A stretch of 64,000 nucleotides of DNA from Parcubacteria group bacterium Licking1014_17 (GTDB lineage Bacteria > Patescibacteriota > Minisyncoccia > 2-02-FULL-40-12 > IGHO2-01-FULL-4-A): positions 41,788-105,787 of the forward strand of contig VMGJ01000001.1 in assembly GCA_007376485.1 (NCBI GenBank). Direction: 5' to 3'. Position 1 is the stretch's first letter; every line of letters begins with the position of its first letter. The notes under the pieces were generated by a model. The model made no database searches. It was given only the letters and a program-made list of their open reading frames with translations, and was not told the origin of the DNA. Positions 1-9,649 of the stretch are shown one piece after another. The position numbers and the translations under genes are program-made.

Positions 1-945
1 AATCCGGAACCGAGTTTTGTCCTTGGATGGACGCACGAGGAAGTCGTCACCGAGATTGCTGCGAGGTTCATCAATTCTTATCGGGACCTGCCGCTTGCCG
101 TTTATCAGATACAGACCAAATTTAGGAACGAAGCCCGGGCAAAATCCGGGATTCTCCGCGGCCGCGAGTTTTTGATGAAGGACCTTTATAGTTTTCATGC
201 TGATGAAAGAGACTTGCTTGAATATTATGAAAAAGCAAAGCAGGCGTATTTTAAAATTTTTGAACGATGCGGTTTGAGAACTTACTATACTCTCGCCGGC
301 GGGGGAGATTTTACGGCGGGCAACACTCACGAATTCCAAGTTTTGGCTCCGGTGGGCGAGGATGTGACTTATTATTGCGAAAAATGCGGTTACGCCGAGA
401 ACAAGGAAATTTCAAAACTGAAAGCGGGCGATAAATGCCCGGGATGCGGCGGGAAAATCGGAGAAGCGAATTCAATTGAAGTCGGGAATATCTTTCCTTT
501 GGGCACGAAATATTCGGAAGCGCTCGGACTTGCCTACGCGGATGAAAAAGGGAACCGCCAGCCGGTAGTAATGGGCTCTTACGGCATCGGTTTGGGACGG
601 ATGATGGGCGCGATTGTGGAAATCCATAATGACGACAAAGGAATTATCTGGCCCGAAGCGGTCGCGCCGTTCAAAGTTCATTTAATCGCGCTCGAAGGCG
701 CCGAATCGGAAGCCGATAAGTTTTATGATAAACTTATAAAAGCCGGGATAGATGTTTTTTACGACGACAGAGCTTACGCCACCGCCGGCGAAAAATTCAA
801 CGACGCCGATTTAATCGGCATCCCGTGCAGGTTGGTAATCAGCAAGAAGACGCTTGAAAACGATGGCGTAGAAATTAAAAAACGTTTTGATAAAATCGGC
901 GAAATTGCCAAAATGGACGCTACTATTGACATATTGAGTAAATAA
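1..945 (+). CDS. proS: Prolyl-tRNA synthetase, 5'-truncated by the window edge
   Basis: Frame +1 is open from base 1 (..GWTHEEVVT..QTKFRNE..GILRGREFLMKDLYSF). IEVGNIF and MGSYGIGLGR motifs, and anticodon domain DDR..GEKFNDADLIGIP. Confidence 0.95.
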   Translation, partial: NPEPSFVLGWTHEEVVTEIAARFINSYRDLPLAVYQIQTKFRNEARAKSGILRGREFLMKDLYSFHADERDLLEYYEKAKQAYFKIFERCGLRTYYTLAGGGDFTAGNTHEFQVLAPVGEDVTYYCEKCGYAENKEISKLKAGDKCPGCGGKIGEANSIEVGNIFPLGTKYSEALGLAYADEKGNRQPVVMGSYGIGLGRMMGAIVEIHNDDKGIIWPEAVAPFKVHLIALEGAESEADKFYDKLIKAGIDVFYDDRAYATAGEKFNDADLIGIPCRLVISKKTLENDGVEIKKRFDKIGEIAKMDATIDILSK

Positions 946-959
946 TTTATTATACAATT

Positions 960-1031
960 AAGCCCATTCATTAGCCGCAAAATCAGTAAGAGTTCTTTTC
1001 ACATATCAATTTGCGGCTAATGAATGGGCTT
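960..1031. terminator. Perfect 22-bp inverted repeat followed by a T-run; probable terminator or collapsed repeat element
   Basis: aagcccattcattagccgcaaa (960-981) pairs with tttgcggctaatgaatgggctt (1010-1031), then ttt. Confidence 0.6.
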
Positions 1032-1126
1032 TTTAGTTATCTATTCCGCGCTAAAATTTTTATAAAAAAGCAGCAAGGGGCAAATCTTTTGCTTGTTTGA
1101 AAGCTTTTTGGTAGGGTATATGGATT

Positions 1127-2176
1127 ATGCTGAACAAGCTTTTCAGTTTCTGGTCAAAAGACATCGGCATTGATCTTGGCACGACCAATACTCTTGTTTA
1201 CGTGCGCGGCGAAGGAATTGTCATCAATGAACCGTCCATTGTCGCCATCAATCAAAAAACGGGCCAAATTCTTGATATCGGGCAAGGAGCCCGAAGAATG
1301 GTCGGAAGAACGCCGGGTTTTATTACTGTTACCAAACCGCTGGTTGCCGGGGTCGTTTCGGATTTTGAGGTGACGGAACAGATGCTTAAATATTTTATTG
1401 ATAAAGTCCACCAGAAATCTTTTTCTCTGGTGCCGCGCCCGAAAGTGGTTATCGGCATACCGGCGGAAATTACGGAAGTGGAAAGAAAAGCAGTTGAAGA
1501 CGCCACTTATAATGCCGGCGCCAGAGAAGTTTTTCTTATTGAAGAACCGATGGCGGCGGCGATTGGCGCCAGAATGCCGGTGCACGACGCCGTAGCGAAT
1601 TTTGTTGTTGATATAGGCGGCGGCACGACTGATGTCGCCTTGATATCAATGGGCGGTGTTGTCGCGTCGCGCTCCCTGCGTATCGCCGGCGACAAATTCA
1701 CTTCAGATATAACCCAATACTTGAGAGAAGAACATAATATGCTGGTCGGCGAAGCCACCGCCGAGCAAGTTAAAATTACCGTCGGCTCTGCTTACCCCCT
1801 TGTCGAAGAGCTAACCACGCGAATCAGGGGCAGAGACCTTATATCCGGTCTCCCCAAAGAATTAACGGTGACTTCTGAAGAAATAAGAAAAGTGCTGCAG
1901 CATTCAGTCAGAAGCATAGTCACTGCAATCAAAAGCACAATTGAAGAAACACCGCCTGAATTGCTCGCTGATCTCGTCAGCCGCAGTATCCTTATGACCG
2001 GAGGTAGCAGTCTTTTGAGAGGTTTTGACAGCTTAATAAGCCATGAAACAAAACTGCCGGTAGTGATAATGGAAGATCCCCTTACTTCCGTTGTCCGCGG
2101 TTGCGGCATAGTGCTTGAAAATCTTGATAAATACAAACAATTATTGGTTTTAACCCCCAAAGAAGCGTATTCGTAG
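1127..2176 (+). CDS. mreB: Rod shape-determining protein MreB
   Basis: IGIDLGTTNT, IEEPMAAAIGA, VDIGGGTTD and TGGSSLL actin-fold motifs. Confidence 0.97.
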   Translation: MLNKLFSFWSKDIGIDLGTTNTLVYVRGEGIVINEPSIVAINQKTGQILDIGQGARRMVGRTPGFITVTKPLVAGVVSDFEVTEQMLKYFIDKVHQKSFSLVPRPKVVIGIPAEITEVERKAVEDATYNAGAREVFLIEEPMAAAIGARMPVHDAVANFVVDIGGGTTDVALISMGGVVASRSLRIAGDKFTSDITQYLREEHNMLVGEATAEQVKITVGSAYPLVEELTTRIRGRDLISGLPKELTVTSEEIRKVLQHSVRSIVTAIKSTIEETPPELLADLVSRSILMTGGSSLLRGFDSLISHETKLPVVIMEDPLTSVVRGCGIVLENLDKYKQLLVLTPKEAYS

Positions 2177-2179
2177 TTA

Positions 2180-2971
2180 TTGATGAAAAAAATAAACAGT
2201 CGGATTAAAGCGGGACTTTTTCTTTTGGCGATAATTTTTGCCGTTTTGAGCGTTGCTTTCCGGGGTTTTCCCAGAAACATTGTTTTTTCGCTGACCGAGA
2301 GAATCGCCGTACCCGTGAACCGTTTTTTCTTGGGACTCTCGGTTTATACTAAGGCTCTGATAAATGTAAAACAGCTGGCTGGCGAAAATGCCAAACTGTC
2401 CGAAGAAAACAGATTGCTTTTGGGAAAAGTGAGCGAATCCGACCGGCTTAAAAGAGAAAATGACCTTTTGCGCAGCCAGCTTAATTTAACAGGAAGCGAA
2501 GACAGAAAACTTCTTTTGGCGGAAGTCGTGAGTTATGATAAAAGCCCGATTTCATCGGCTATTATTTTGAACAAAGGAAGTAATGATGGGGTAAAAAAAT
2601 CCATGACTGTCGTCGTGGAAAGCGGCGTCTTGGCGGGCGTGGTGCGGGAGGTCTATGACGATTCCTGCCTCGTTTTCCTCGTTGATGATTCGCGGGTCCG
2701 GATAAGCGTGCGGGGGCTGGCATCCCAAGTTGTCGGCTACGCGCGGGGCGATTTCCAAAAAGGTTTGAGGCTCGAACTTATCGGGAAAAATGAGCAGATA
2801 TCGGTCGGGGAAACACTAGTGACCAGCGGTTTAGATGCTTTGCCCAGTTCGCTGACGGTCGGTAAGATAACTTCGGCGGAAAGCAGTAATGGCGACCTGT
2901 TCCAAAATATATCAGCCGAGCCGTTATATTCAAAAAAAATCGGAGCCGAGATGTTTATTATTTTGAAATGA
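2180..2971 (+). CDS. mreC: Rod shape-determining protein MreC
   Basis: N-terminal TM, coiled coil (LKRENDLLRSQL), ILNKGSNDGV and VGETLVTSGL; follows mreB. Confidence 0.93.
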   Translation: MMKKINSRIKAGLFLLAIIFAVLSVAFRGFPRNIVFSLTERIAVPVNRFFLGLSVYTKALINVKQLAGENAKLSEENRLLLGKVSESDRLKRENDLLRSQLNLTGSEDRKLLLAEVVSYDKSPISSAIILNKGSNDGVKKSMTVVVESGVLAGVVREVYDDSCLVFLVDDSRVRISVRGLASQVVGYARGDFQKGLRLELIGKNEQISVGETLVTSGLDALPSSLTVGKITSAESSNGDLFQNISAEPLYSKKIGAEMFIILK

Positions 2972-3441
2972 AAATTTCAACTTTTTTAATTTTATCGGCA
3001 TTATTCTGGCTTATTGAAAAGCTGGTTTATGTTTTGCTCGGAATTCCTTATTTTATTTTCTACCAGTGGATTATTTTTTCCTTGATAGCGTTGCCGGCAA
3101 CCCGCGGTTTTGTTTCGGCGGCGCTAACCGCGGCGTTAATAGCCGACATTTTTTCCGGATTCACTTTCGGGCTGGGTTTTATTTCCATTCTGGCTGTTTT
3201 CGGTTTAATCTTGATTATTAAGAAACTGATAAACATAGACAGAAAACCCTTATACTTCTTTTTATCGTCTTTATTATTTACGGCTGTCTTTTACCTGCTT
3301 CTCGGTTACCTTGCGGGAGCGAATTCAGTTTTCGGCCGTCTGCCCATGATTATTTACTGCTGGATTGTAAGTTCGGTTGTTATAATTTTATTTACCAAAT
3401 TGGCAAAAATAAAATTTCCATGGCCAGGATTTACAAGATAA
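2968..3441 (+). CDS. mreD: MreD-like membrane protein
   Basis: Hydrophobic 157-aa protein with LIADIFSGFTFG, located between mreC and PBP2. Confidence 0.65.
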   Translation: MKISTFLILSALFWLIEKLVYVLLGIPYFIFYQWIIFSLIALPATRGFVSAALTAALIADIFSGFTFGLGFISILAVFGLILIIKKLINIDRKPLYFFLSSLLFTAVFYLLLGYLAGANSVFGRLPMIIYCWIVSSVVIILFTKLAKIKFPWPGFTR

Positions 3442-5306
3442 AAAGAACCAAAGAAAGCGACGTGATGCCAGAAGAAACTCTTCTGGATTCCCGGAGCGAG
3501 CACACGATGATGGAAGCCCCCATAAGCCGGCTGGCTTTTAGATTTGTGTACTTCGTTATCGGCGCGGTGCTGGTTTTCTTTGTTGTTAAGGCGTTTCAGT
3601 TTCAGGTGGTCAGCGGTTCCAAATATGAACGCCAGGCAATCCGGAGCAACGAGGTGCTGTATTTTTTGCCGTCGCTAAGAGGAATAATTTACGACAGAAA
3701 CGGAAATCCGCTTGTTGAGAACATACCCCAGTTTGACGTCATGATACTGCAAAGCGATTTACCCCACGACCAACAGCAAATGGAATTGGAAATAGTATCG
3801 CTTTCAAAAATACTCGGGCTGTCCGAAGCGGACATCAGAAAAACTTTTGACGGCAATAGCGCCAACGCCATCTTCAAGATTAAAAGCGGCGTTGCCAAGG
3901 AAACGGCGATTTCTCTGGAATCCGAAAGTCTTCCCGGAGTGAGGGTGGTGGCTAACCCGCAGCGGAATTATTTTTACGGCTCCGCGTTTGCTCATATACT
4001 TGGCTATACGACTTTAGTCGGCCCCGAAGATATGGCGAGTGATTTTTATTATAAAACAATTGACCAGAAGGGGAGCACGGGTCTCGAGGCGTATTATGAA
4101 ACGGCTCTAAGAGGCGAGCACGGAATCGTAGATTTTAAAGATGAAACTTCAGAAGTTCAGCCGGCGCGGCTCGGAAACAGTCTGGGGCTCACCGCGGACA
4201 AAGATGTTCAGCTTCATTTATTCGATTCCGTAAGCAGAATTTTTAAAGCGTCCGGCGTTTCGCGCGGAGCGGCGGTTGTCCAGAACGTGAAAACAGGCGC
4301 GGTGTTGGGTCTCGTGAGCGTGCCGTCATTTGACCCAAACGCCTTTGAGCGCAGTTATGACGATAAATACAGAAATATTGTTAATTCGCTTTTGAATGAC
4401 ACGTCCCACCCGCTTTTCAACAGGGCGATCGCGGGATTGTACAGTCCGGGTTCAACAATCAAACCATTACTGGCGCTTGCCGGGCTGAAGGAGGGCGTGA
4501 TAACACCGCAGACGCTTGTCAACGCCCAGGGCAGTATTAGCGTCAGAAGCGAGGTTGACCCGAATGTGATTTACTCTTTCCGCGACTGGAAAGTCCACGG
4601 GCTGACCGACATCCGGAAAGCCATTTCCGATTCGGTGGACGTCTATTTTTATATTTTGGGCGGCGGCTATGAAAATATCAGAGGCTTGGGCGTGGACAAG
4701 ATATCCGAATATTACCGCATGTTTTTAGCCGACAGGGCATTGGGCATCGATCTTCTCGGTGAAGCGTCCGGTCTTGTGCCGGACAAGGAATGGAAGATGA
4801 AAACCAAAGGCGAAGCGTGGTATGTCGGCGATACCTATAATATTTCCATCGGGCAGGGCGACCTTAGCATTACGCCCCTCTGGCTCAATAGCTATATTTC
4901 CGCGATCGCCAACGGCGGCTACATTTACCGTCCGTATCTGGTTTCAAAAGAATTCAACGAGAAAGGCGAGCTGATAAGCGAAACGAAACCCGAAATAATC
5001 CAGAGAATAGATATCAGTTCCGCCATAATGAATGTCGTCCGCGAGGGCATGCACCGGACGACGACTACCGGCACCGCCCGCTCATTGAGTGATTTGCCGG
5101 TGCAATTAGCCGCCAAAACCGGCACCGCCCAGACGACGGGCTCAAATATGAATTCGCTTTTTACGGTTTACGGTCCTTACGGCAATCCCGATATAGTGAT
5201 GACCGTTCTGGTTGAAAATATTAAAGAGAGCCAGTCAATCGCGGTAAGAGTTGCGCATGATTTCTTGTCGTGGTATTTTGCAAAACCGGATAGGGATGTG
5301 AAGTAA
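3420..5306 (+). CDS. mrdA: Penicillin-binding protein 2
   Basis: RGIIYDRNG, YSPGSTIKP (SxxK), SVDVYFY and KTGTAQ motifs. Confidence 0.93.
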   Translation: MARIYKIKRTKESDVMPEETLLDSRSEHTMMEAPISRLAFRFVYFVIGAVLVFFVVKAFQFQVVSGSKYERQAIRSNEVLYFLPSLRGIIYDRNGNPLVENIPQFDVMILQSDLPHDQQQMELEIVSLSKILGLSEADIRKTFDGNSANAIFKIKSGVAKETAISLESESLPGVRVVANPQRNYFYGSAFAHILGYTTLVGPEDMASDFYYKTIDQKGSTGLEAYYETALRGEHGIVDFKDETSEVQPARLGNSLGLTADKDVQLHLFDSVSRIFKASGVSRGAAVVQNVKTGAVLGLVSVPSFDPNAFERSYDDKYRNIVNSLLNDTSHPLFNRAIAGLYSPGSTIKPLLALAGLKEGVITPQTLVNAQGSISVRSEVDPNVIYSFRDWKVHGLTDIRKAISDSVDVYFYILGGGYENIRGLGVDKISEYYRMFLADRALGIDLLGEASGLVPDKEWKMKTKGEAWYVGDTYNISIGQGDLSITPLWLNSYISAIANGGYIYRPYLVSKEFNEKGELISETKPEIIQRIDISSAIMNVVREGMHRTTTTGTARSLSDLPVQLAAKTGTAQTTGSNMNSLFTVYGPYGNPDIVMTVLVENIKESQSIAVRVAHDFLSWYFAKPDRDVK

Positions 5307-5332
5307 CCAATACACTTTTCGGGACTGAATTA

Positions 5333-5475
5333 GTCAGGTAATATGTCTTTTCGCAGATATTCGGGCTTTCCAGCGAAGCCCTCACTTATAGCTCGCCAGT
5401 TTTCCCACACCGGCGCGCCGGTGGGGGACCAAGCAAAACTGGCTCGCTGTACTGCTCAAAGACATATTCCCTGAC
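5333..5475 (-). repeat. Structured intergenic element, subfamily A copy 1
   Basis: Core tcgcagat..gggctttccagcgaagccc..ccagtttt..accaagcaaaactggctcgctgtactgctc shared with four other copies. Outer stem gtcaggtaatatgtcttt / aaagacatattccctgac. Strand inferred from GA/GA tandems. Confidence 0.92.
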
Positions 5476-5569
5476 AATAATTTTAGTGCTCTTGTTTTCC
5501 TTACAGAGTTTAATTGTCCACATATTTCACATAAAAATTTAAATCTGTGGTATAATCCGCATTTAGAAT

Positions 5570-6031
5570 ATGGCTAATCAATATTTTACCCGCGAGGGTC
5601 TGGAGAAGTTGAAAGAGGAATTAAGAGAATGCGTGGAAAAAATACGCCCGGAGATTGCCGCTAAAATTTACGAAAGCAAGGAGCTTGGCGACATTTCGGA
5701 AAATGCCGAATTTGCCGAGGCGAAAAATGCGCAGGCGATGAACGAAGGCAAAATCGAAGAGCTGACGGAAATAATCAAAAATGCGGTAATCATAGAACAT
5801 GAAATCGGGCATCAAGATGTTATTGCCGTCGGCTCAACCGTGAAAGCGAAATCTTCGGAAGGCGTGAAAGTTTTTACGATTGTCGGCATAGCCGAAACCA
5901 ACCCAGCGGCGGGCTTGATTTCCAACCAATCGCCACTCGGCACGGCTTTTTTGGGCCACAAGAAGGGTGATAAAGTTGAAGTCAACACTCCCGGCGGCAA
6001 AACCGAATATAAGATTCTGGAGGTAAGCTAA
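5570..6031 (+). CDS. greA: Transcription elongation factor GreA
   Basis: GDISENAEF and ISNQSPLGTAFLG motifs. Confidence 0.96.
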   Translation: MANQYFTREGLEKLKEELRECVEKIRPEIAAKIYESKELGDISENAEFAEAKNAQAMNEGKIEELTEIIKNAVIIEHEIGHQDVIAVGSTVKAKSSEGVKVFTIVGIAETNPAAGLISNQSPLGTAFLGHKKGDKVEVNTPGGKTEYKILEVS

Positions 6032-6095
6032 TTTCTCCGTATAAAATCTATGATCTCATGGTGGGGTTTATTTTTTGCCGATAGCCCATCTGGTA

Positions 6096-6124
6096 TTGAC
6101 AGCCTTGATGTTTTATGCTATCAT
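6096..6124 (+). promoter_or_regulatory. Sigma70 promoter
   Basis: TTGACA-17 bp-TATCAT with TG extension. Confidence 0.7.
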
Positions 6125-6189
6125 TATAGCAAGTAATGTTCCTTGTAATTGTGATTCTAACACCAGCGTAGCTGGCAGGAGGTGTCAAA

Positions 6190-6414
6190 ATGGAAGGTCT
6201 TAGGAGATGGGTAAAAAGATGGATACCCAAAGTTGTCGCCGGAGCGGTGGCAATCGTGGGCTTGCCCCTGTGGGTATACTTTCCAATGTGCGAGTCACTG
6301 AGTTACGGTCTGTCGACAGCAGTTGATGCCCCGGTGGTGGCGGAGTACATCGTTTTCATGATGATATTCCCCGCCAGGGGCGTCCGGATCTTCGCAAACG
6401 CGCTTAGCCGTTAA
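6190..6414 (+). CDS. Small hypothetical membrane protein
   Basis: GGAGGTG SD, upstream promoter, downstream hairpin plus T-run (about 6442-6482), two hydrophobic segments. Confidence 0.6.
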   Translation: MEGLRRWVKRWIPKVVAGAVAIVGLPLWVYFPMCESLSYGLSTAVDAPVVAEYIVFMMIFPARGVRIFANALSR

Positions 6415-6522
6415 AGACGAACTTACCGAGCACAACACCCCAAGAGACCGCGGATTCCATATCTGGCGGTCTCTTTTATTTTACCTTGGTTTTTATTCTA
6501 GATTTGTTATTATTTACTTATT

Positions 6523-7992
6523 ATGCCCATTGATGAAATTCGCAGGAATAAGGAGGAAAAAGTCGCAAAATTGAAAAAATTGGGGATTGACCCGTTTCCG
6601 GCGGTTTCGGGCAGGGATACTGAAATTCGCGACGCGCTGGAAAATTTTGACTCGCTGGCGCAGGACAAAAAGGAAATTACCATTGCCGGCAGAATTATGG
6701 CAAAACGCGAGCACGGCGGTTCGCTGTTTGCCGATATTAATGACGGAAGCGGGAAACTGCAGATTTTGCTCAAAGAAGATGTTTTGGGCGCCGAAAAATA
6801 TTCCTTATTTAATGATTATTTTGATATCGGCGATTTCGCCGATTTTACGGGTATTCTTTTTGAGACCAAGCGCGGCGAGAAAACGCTGGAAGCCAAAGAT
6901 TTTAAACTTTTAACTAAAACCCTATTGCCTCTGCCGGAAAAATGGCACGGGCTGAAAGATATTGAGGAGCGGCTAAGAAAAAGATATCTGGATGTTATTT
7001 TTAATCCCGAAGTCAGGGAGATGGTGGAAAAAAGGGCAAAATTCTGGAGCGCGTTCAGAAAATTTATGACGGACAAGGGATTTCTGGAAGTGGAAACGCC
7101 GGTTTTGGAAAATACCGCCGGCGGCGCTGACGCCCGGCCGTTTATAACCCATCACAATGCGTTGGGTATAGATGTTTATCTAAGAATTTCCGGCGGCGAG
7201 CTCTGGCAAAAACGGCTGATGGTCGCCGGTTTTGAAAAAACTTTTGAAATCGGCAGGATTTTCAGAAACGAAGGAATAGACGATGAACATCTACAGGATT
7301 ACACCCAGATGGAGTTTTACTGGGCTTACGCCGACTACAAAAAAGGAATGAAGCTGGTTGAAGAAATGTATAAATACGTGGCGCGGGAAACTTTCGGCAC
7401 ACTGGAATTTGATATCAGGGGACATAAAGTTGATCTTGATAAAAAGTGGGAAATTTATGATTATACAGGAACTATTAAAGAGATGACCGGAGTTAACGTC
7501 TTAAATGTTGATTCAAAACAAGTGGAGGAAAAATTGCGGGAGTTGAAAGTTGAGTATAAAAATGAGGGCTTTAATCTGGAAAGGGCTATCGATTGCTTGT
7601 GGAAATACTGCCGAAAGAATATCGCCGGTCCCGGATTTTTAATAAACGCCCCGGTTGTTATTTCGCCTCTGGCTAAAAGGTTGTCCGATAATCCAAAGCT
7701 GACCCAGAAATTTCAGATAATTATCGCCGGCAGTGAAATGGGCAACGGTTACAGCGAGTTAAACGACCCGCTTGACCAGGCGGAAAGATTCAAAGAACAA
7801 CAGAAACTCCGCGAAGCCGGCGACGAGGAAGCCCAGATGTACGACAAGGAATTCGTGGAGGCGCTTGAATACGGAATGCCGCCCACCTGCGGTTTCGGCG
7901 TCAGCGAAAGATTATTCAGTTTTCTGATGAACAAACCGGCGCGCGAGTGCCAAATTTTTCCGCTGATGAGGCCGCGCGACAAGGAAAAATAA
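6523..7992 (+). CDS. lysS: Lysyl-tRNA synthetase (class II)
   Basis: PLPEKWHGL, FLEVETP, FRNEG and LEYGMPPTCGFG motifs. Confidence 0.97.
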   Translation: MPIDEIRRNKEEKVAKLKKLGIDPFPAVSGRDTEIRDALENFDSLAQDKKEITIAGRIMAKREHGGSLFADINDGSGKLQILLKEDVLGAEKYSLFNDYFDIGDFADFTGILFETKRGEKTLEAKDFKLLTKTLLPLPEKWHGLKDIEERLRKRYLDVIFNPEVREMVEKRAKFWSAFRKFMTDKGFLEVETPVLENTAGGADARPFITHHNALGIDVYLRISGGELWQKRLMVAGFEKTFEIGRIFRNEGIDDEHLQDYTQMEFYWAYADYKKGMKLVEEMYKYVARETFGTLEFDIRGHKVDLDKKWEIYDYTGTIKEMTGVNVLNVDSKQVEEKLRELKVEYKNEGFNLERAIDCLWKYCRKNIAGPGFLINAPVVISPLAKRLSDNPKLTQKFQIIIAGSEMGNGYSELNDPLDQAERFKEQQKLREAGDEEAQMYDKEFVEALEYGMPPTCGFGVSERLFSFLMNKPARECQIFPLMRPRDKEK

Positions 7993-7993
7993 A

Positions 7994-9307
7994 ATGTTGG
8001 ACATTGAATTCATAAAACAAAATAAAGAAAAAGTAGCGGAAGCCATCAAGAATAAAGGGGCTAAGGTTGATTTAGAGGAACTTCTCAAATTTGACGGCGA
8101 GAGGAGAAAATTGGTCGGCCGGATAAATGAATTGCAGAAAAAGAAAAACGAACTGGCCGAAGAAAATAAAAAACAGAAACCGACTCCTGAACTTATAGAC
8201 GAGGGCAGAAAAATCAAAGAGCAGATCGCCGAACTGGAATCGCATTTCACGCCGGTTGAGGAGGCATTCCTGCGACTATTGAGCCGGATGCCTAATATCC
8301 CGACCGACGACACGCCCATTGGCAAAGATGAAAGCGGGAATGTTATTTTGAGGAAAGTTGGCGAATTGCCGGAGTTTGGTTTCAAACCCAAGGAGCATTG
8401 GGAGCTTGGCGTGGAGCTTGATTTAATTGATACCGAAAAAGCGGGCGAGATTTCCGGCTCAAGGTTTGCTTATCTGAAAAGGGAATTAGTGCTCATGGAA
8501 TTCGCGCTAATTCAATATGCCATGCAATCACTGACAGATGAGAAAACAATCAAAAAGATAATTTCAAAATATGATTTGGATGTGCCGGCGACGCCATTCG
8601 TTCCCATAGTTCCGCCGGTGATGATAAAACCAGAAGTGATGCAAAAAATGGCGCGCTTGGAGCCAAGAGAAGAACGCTATCACATTCAAAGTGACGATTT
8701 GTATTTAATCGGCAGTGCCGAGCATACTCTCGGGCCACTGCATATGAATGAAATTTTAGAGGAAAAATTTCTGCCTATCAGATATCTTGGTTTCTCGACC
8801 GCTTTTCGCCGCGAAGCCGGTTCTTATGGAAAAGATGTAAAGGGGATTTTGCGGGTCCACCAATTTGACAAGCTGGAAATGGAATCATTTGCCTTGCCGG
8901 AACAGGGGATTGCCGAGCAGAATTTCTTCGTGGCGGTGCAGGAATATCTGATGAGCTTGTTGGAACTGCCATACCAAGTAGTCGCGATTTGCACCGGCGA
9001 TATGGGCGGTCCGGACGCGCGCCAGATTGACATTGAAACTTGGATGCCCGGACAAAACAAGTATCGGGAAACCCACACGGCAGATTATATGACGGATTAC
9101 CAATCCCGCCGGCTGAACACCAAAGTCAAACGTACCAACGGCAAATCAGAATTTATCCATATGAACGACGCCACCGCCGTCGCCATTGGCAGAACGATTA
9201 TCGCCATAATGGAAAATTATCAGACAAAAGAAGGAACAATAAAAATCCCGAAAGTTTTGCGGCCGTTTATGGGAGGAATTAAGAAAATCGCGAGTCGGCA
9301 TTCATAG
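7994..9307 (+). CDS. serS: Seryl-tRNA synthetase
   Basis: N-terminal coiled coil, FRREAGSYG, RVHQFDKLE and ENYQ motifs. Confidence 0.97.
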   Translation: MLDIEFIKQNKEKVAEAIKNKGAKVDLEELLKFDGERRKLVGRINELQKKKNELAEENKKQKPTPELIDEGRKIKEQIAELESHFTPVEEAFLRLLSRMPNIPTDDTPIGKDESGNVILRKVGELPEFGFKPKEHWELGVELDLIDTEKAGEISGSRFAYLKRELVLMEFALIQYAMQSLTDEKTIKKIISKYDLDVPATPFVPIVPPVMIKPEVMQKMARLEPREERYHIQSDDLYLIGSAEHTLGPLHMNEILEEKFLPIRYLGFSTAFRREAGSYGKDVKGILRVHQFDKLEMESFALPEQGIAEQNFFVAVQEYLMSLLELPYQVVAICTGDMGGPDARQIDIETWMPGQNKYRETHTADYMTDYQSRRLNTKVKRTNGKSEFIHMNDATAVAIGRTIIAIMENYQTKEGTIKIPKVLRPFMGGIKKIASRHS

Positions 9308-9318
9308 TTTTTGTTATT

Positions 9319-9476
9319 GCTCGAGCCAGCATGTTTTTCGGGACTGGATTTTCACCAGCGATGAAAATCCATCTGGTGAAGTCGCTGTCATTTGTCAAGA
9401 TATTCATTTCATTCAATCATTGACAAAACCATGCTGCCAGCGACTTCAACAGCCCTCAAAACACGCCGGCTCTCGC
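9319..9476 (-). repeat. Structured intergenic element, subfamily B copy 1
   Basis: ttcgggac-[hairpin, loop ccagcg]-tctggtga..tttgtcaa..ttgacaaa-accatgc-..tcaacagccctc; four further copies. Confidence 0.92.
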
Positions 9477-9495
9477 TGAATACCGCGAACTACTT

Positions 9496-9632
9496 GCGCC
9501 GCATTATTGCTTTAGGGCACTATTTGAAACGCTGATTGCATGGTCCTGAGCTCGTCGAAGGAATCAGTGGTTCAACAGAATGAGCCCGCTCGCTGGGCGG
9601 GCGAATGGTGACATAAAGCAATAATGCGGCGC
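9496..9632 (+). repeat. Structured intergenic element, subfamily C copy 1 (inverted relative to all other copies)
   Basis: 19-bp perfect outer stem gcgccgcattattgcttta / taaagcaataatgcggcgc, bulge GCATGGT, loop CGCTGG. Its reverse complement aligns with 51616-51774. Confidence 0.85.
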
Positions 9633-9649
9633 TACAACAGAATTTTGTA

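Noticed and set aside
1154-2280. Numerous antisense and overlapping ORFs in the ORF track (here and throughout)
   Set aside because: Shadows of well-supported genes, with no motifs or initiation signals.
9392-9428. TTGACA in subfamily B stems as an outward promoter
   Set aside because: It is conserved, but there is no credible -10 box at 16-18 bp in either direction; treated as a conserved stem sequence.
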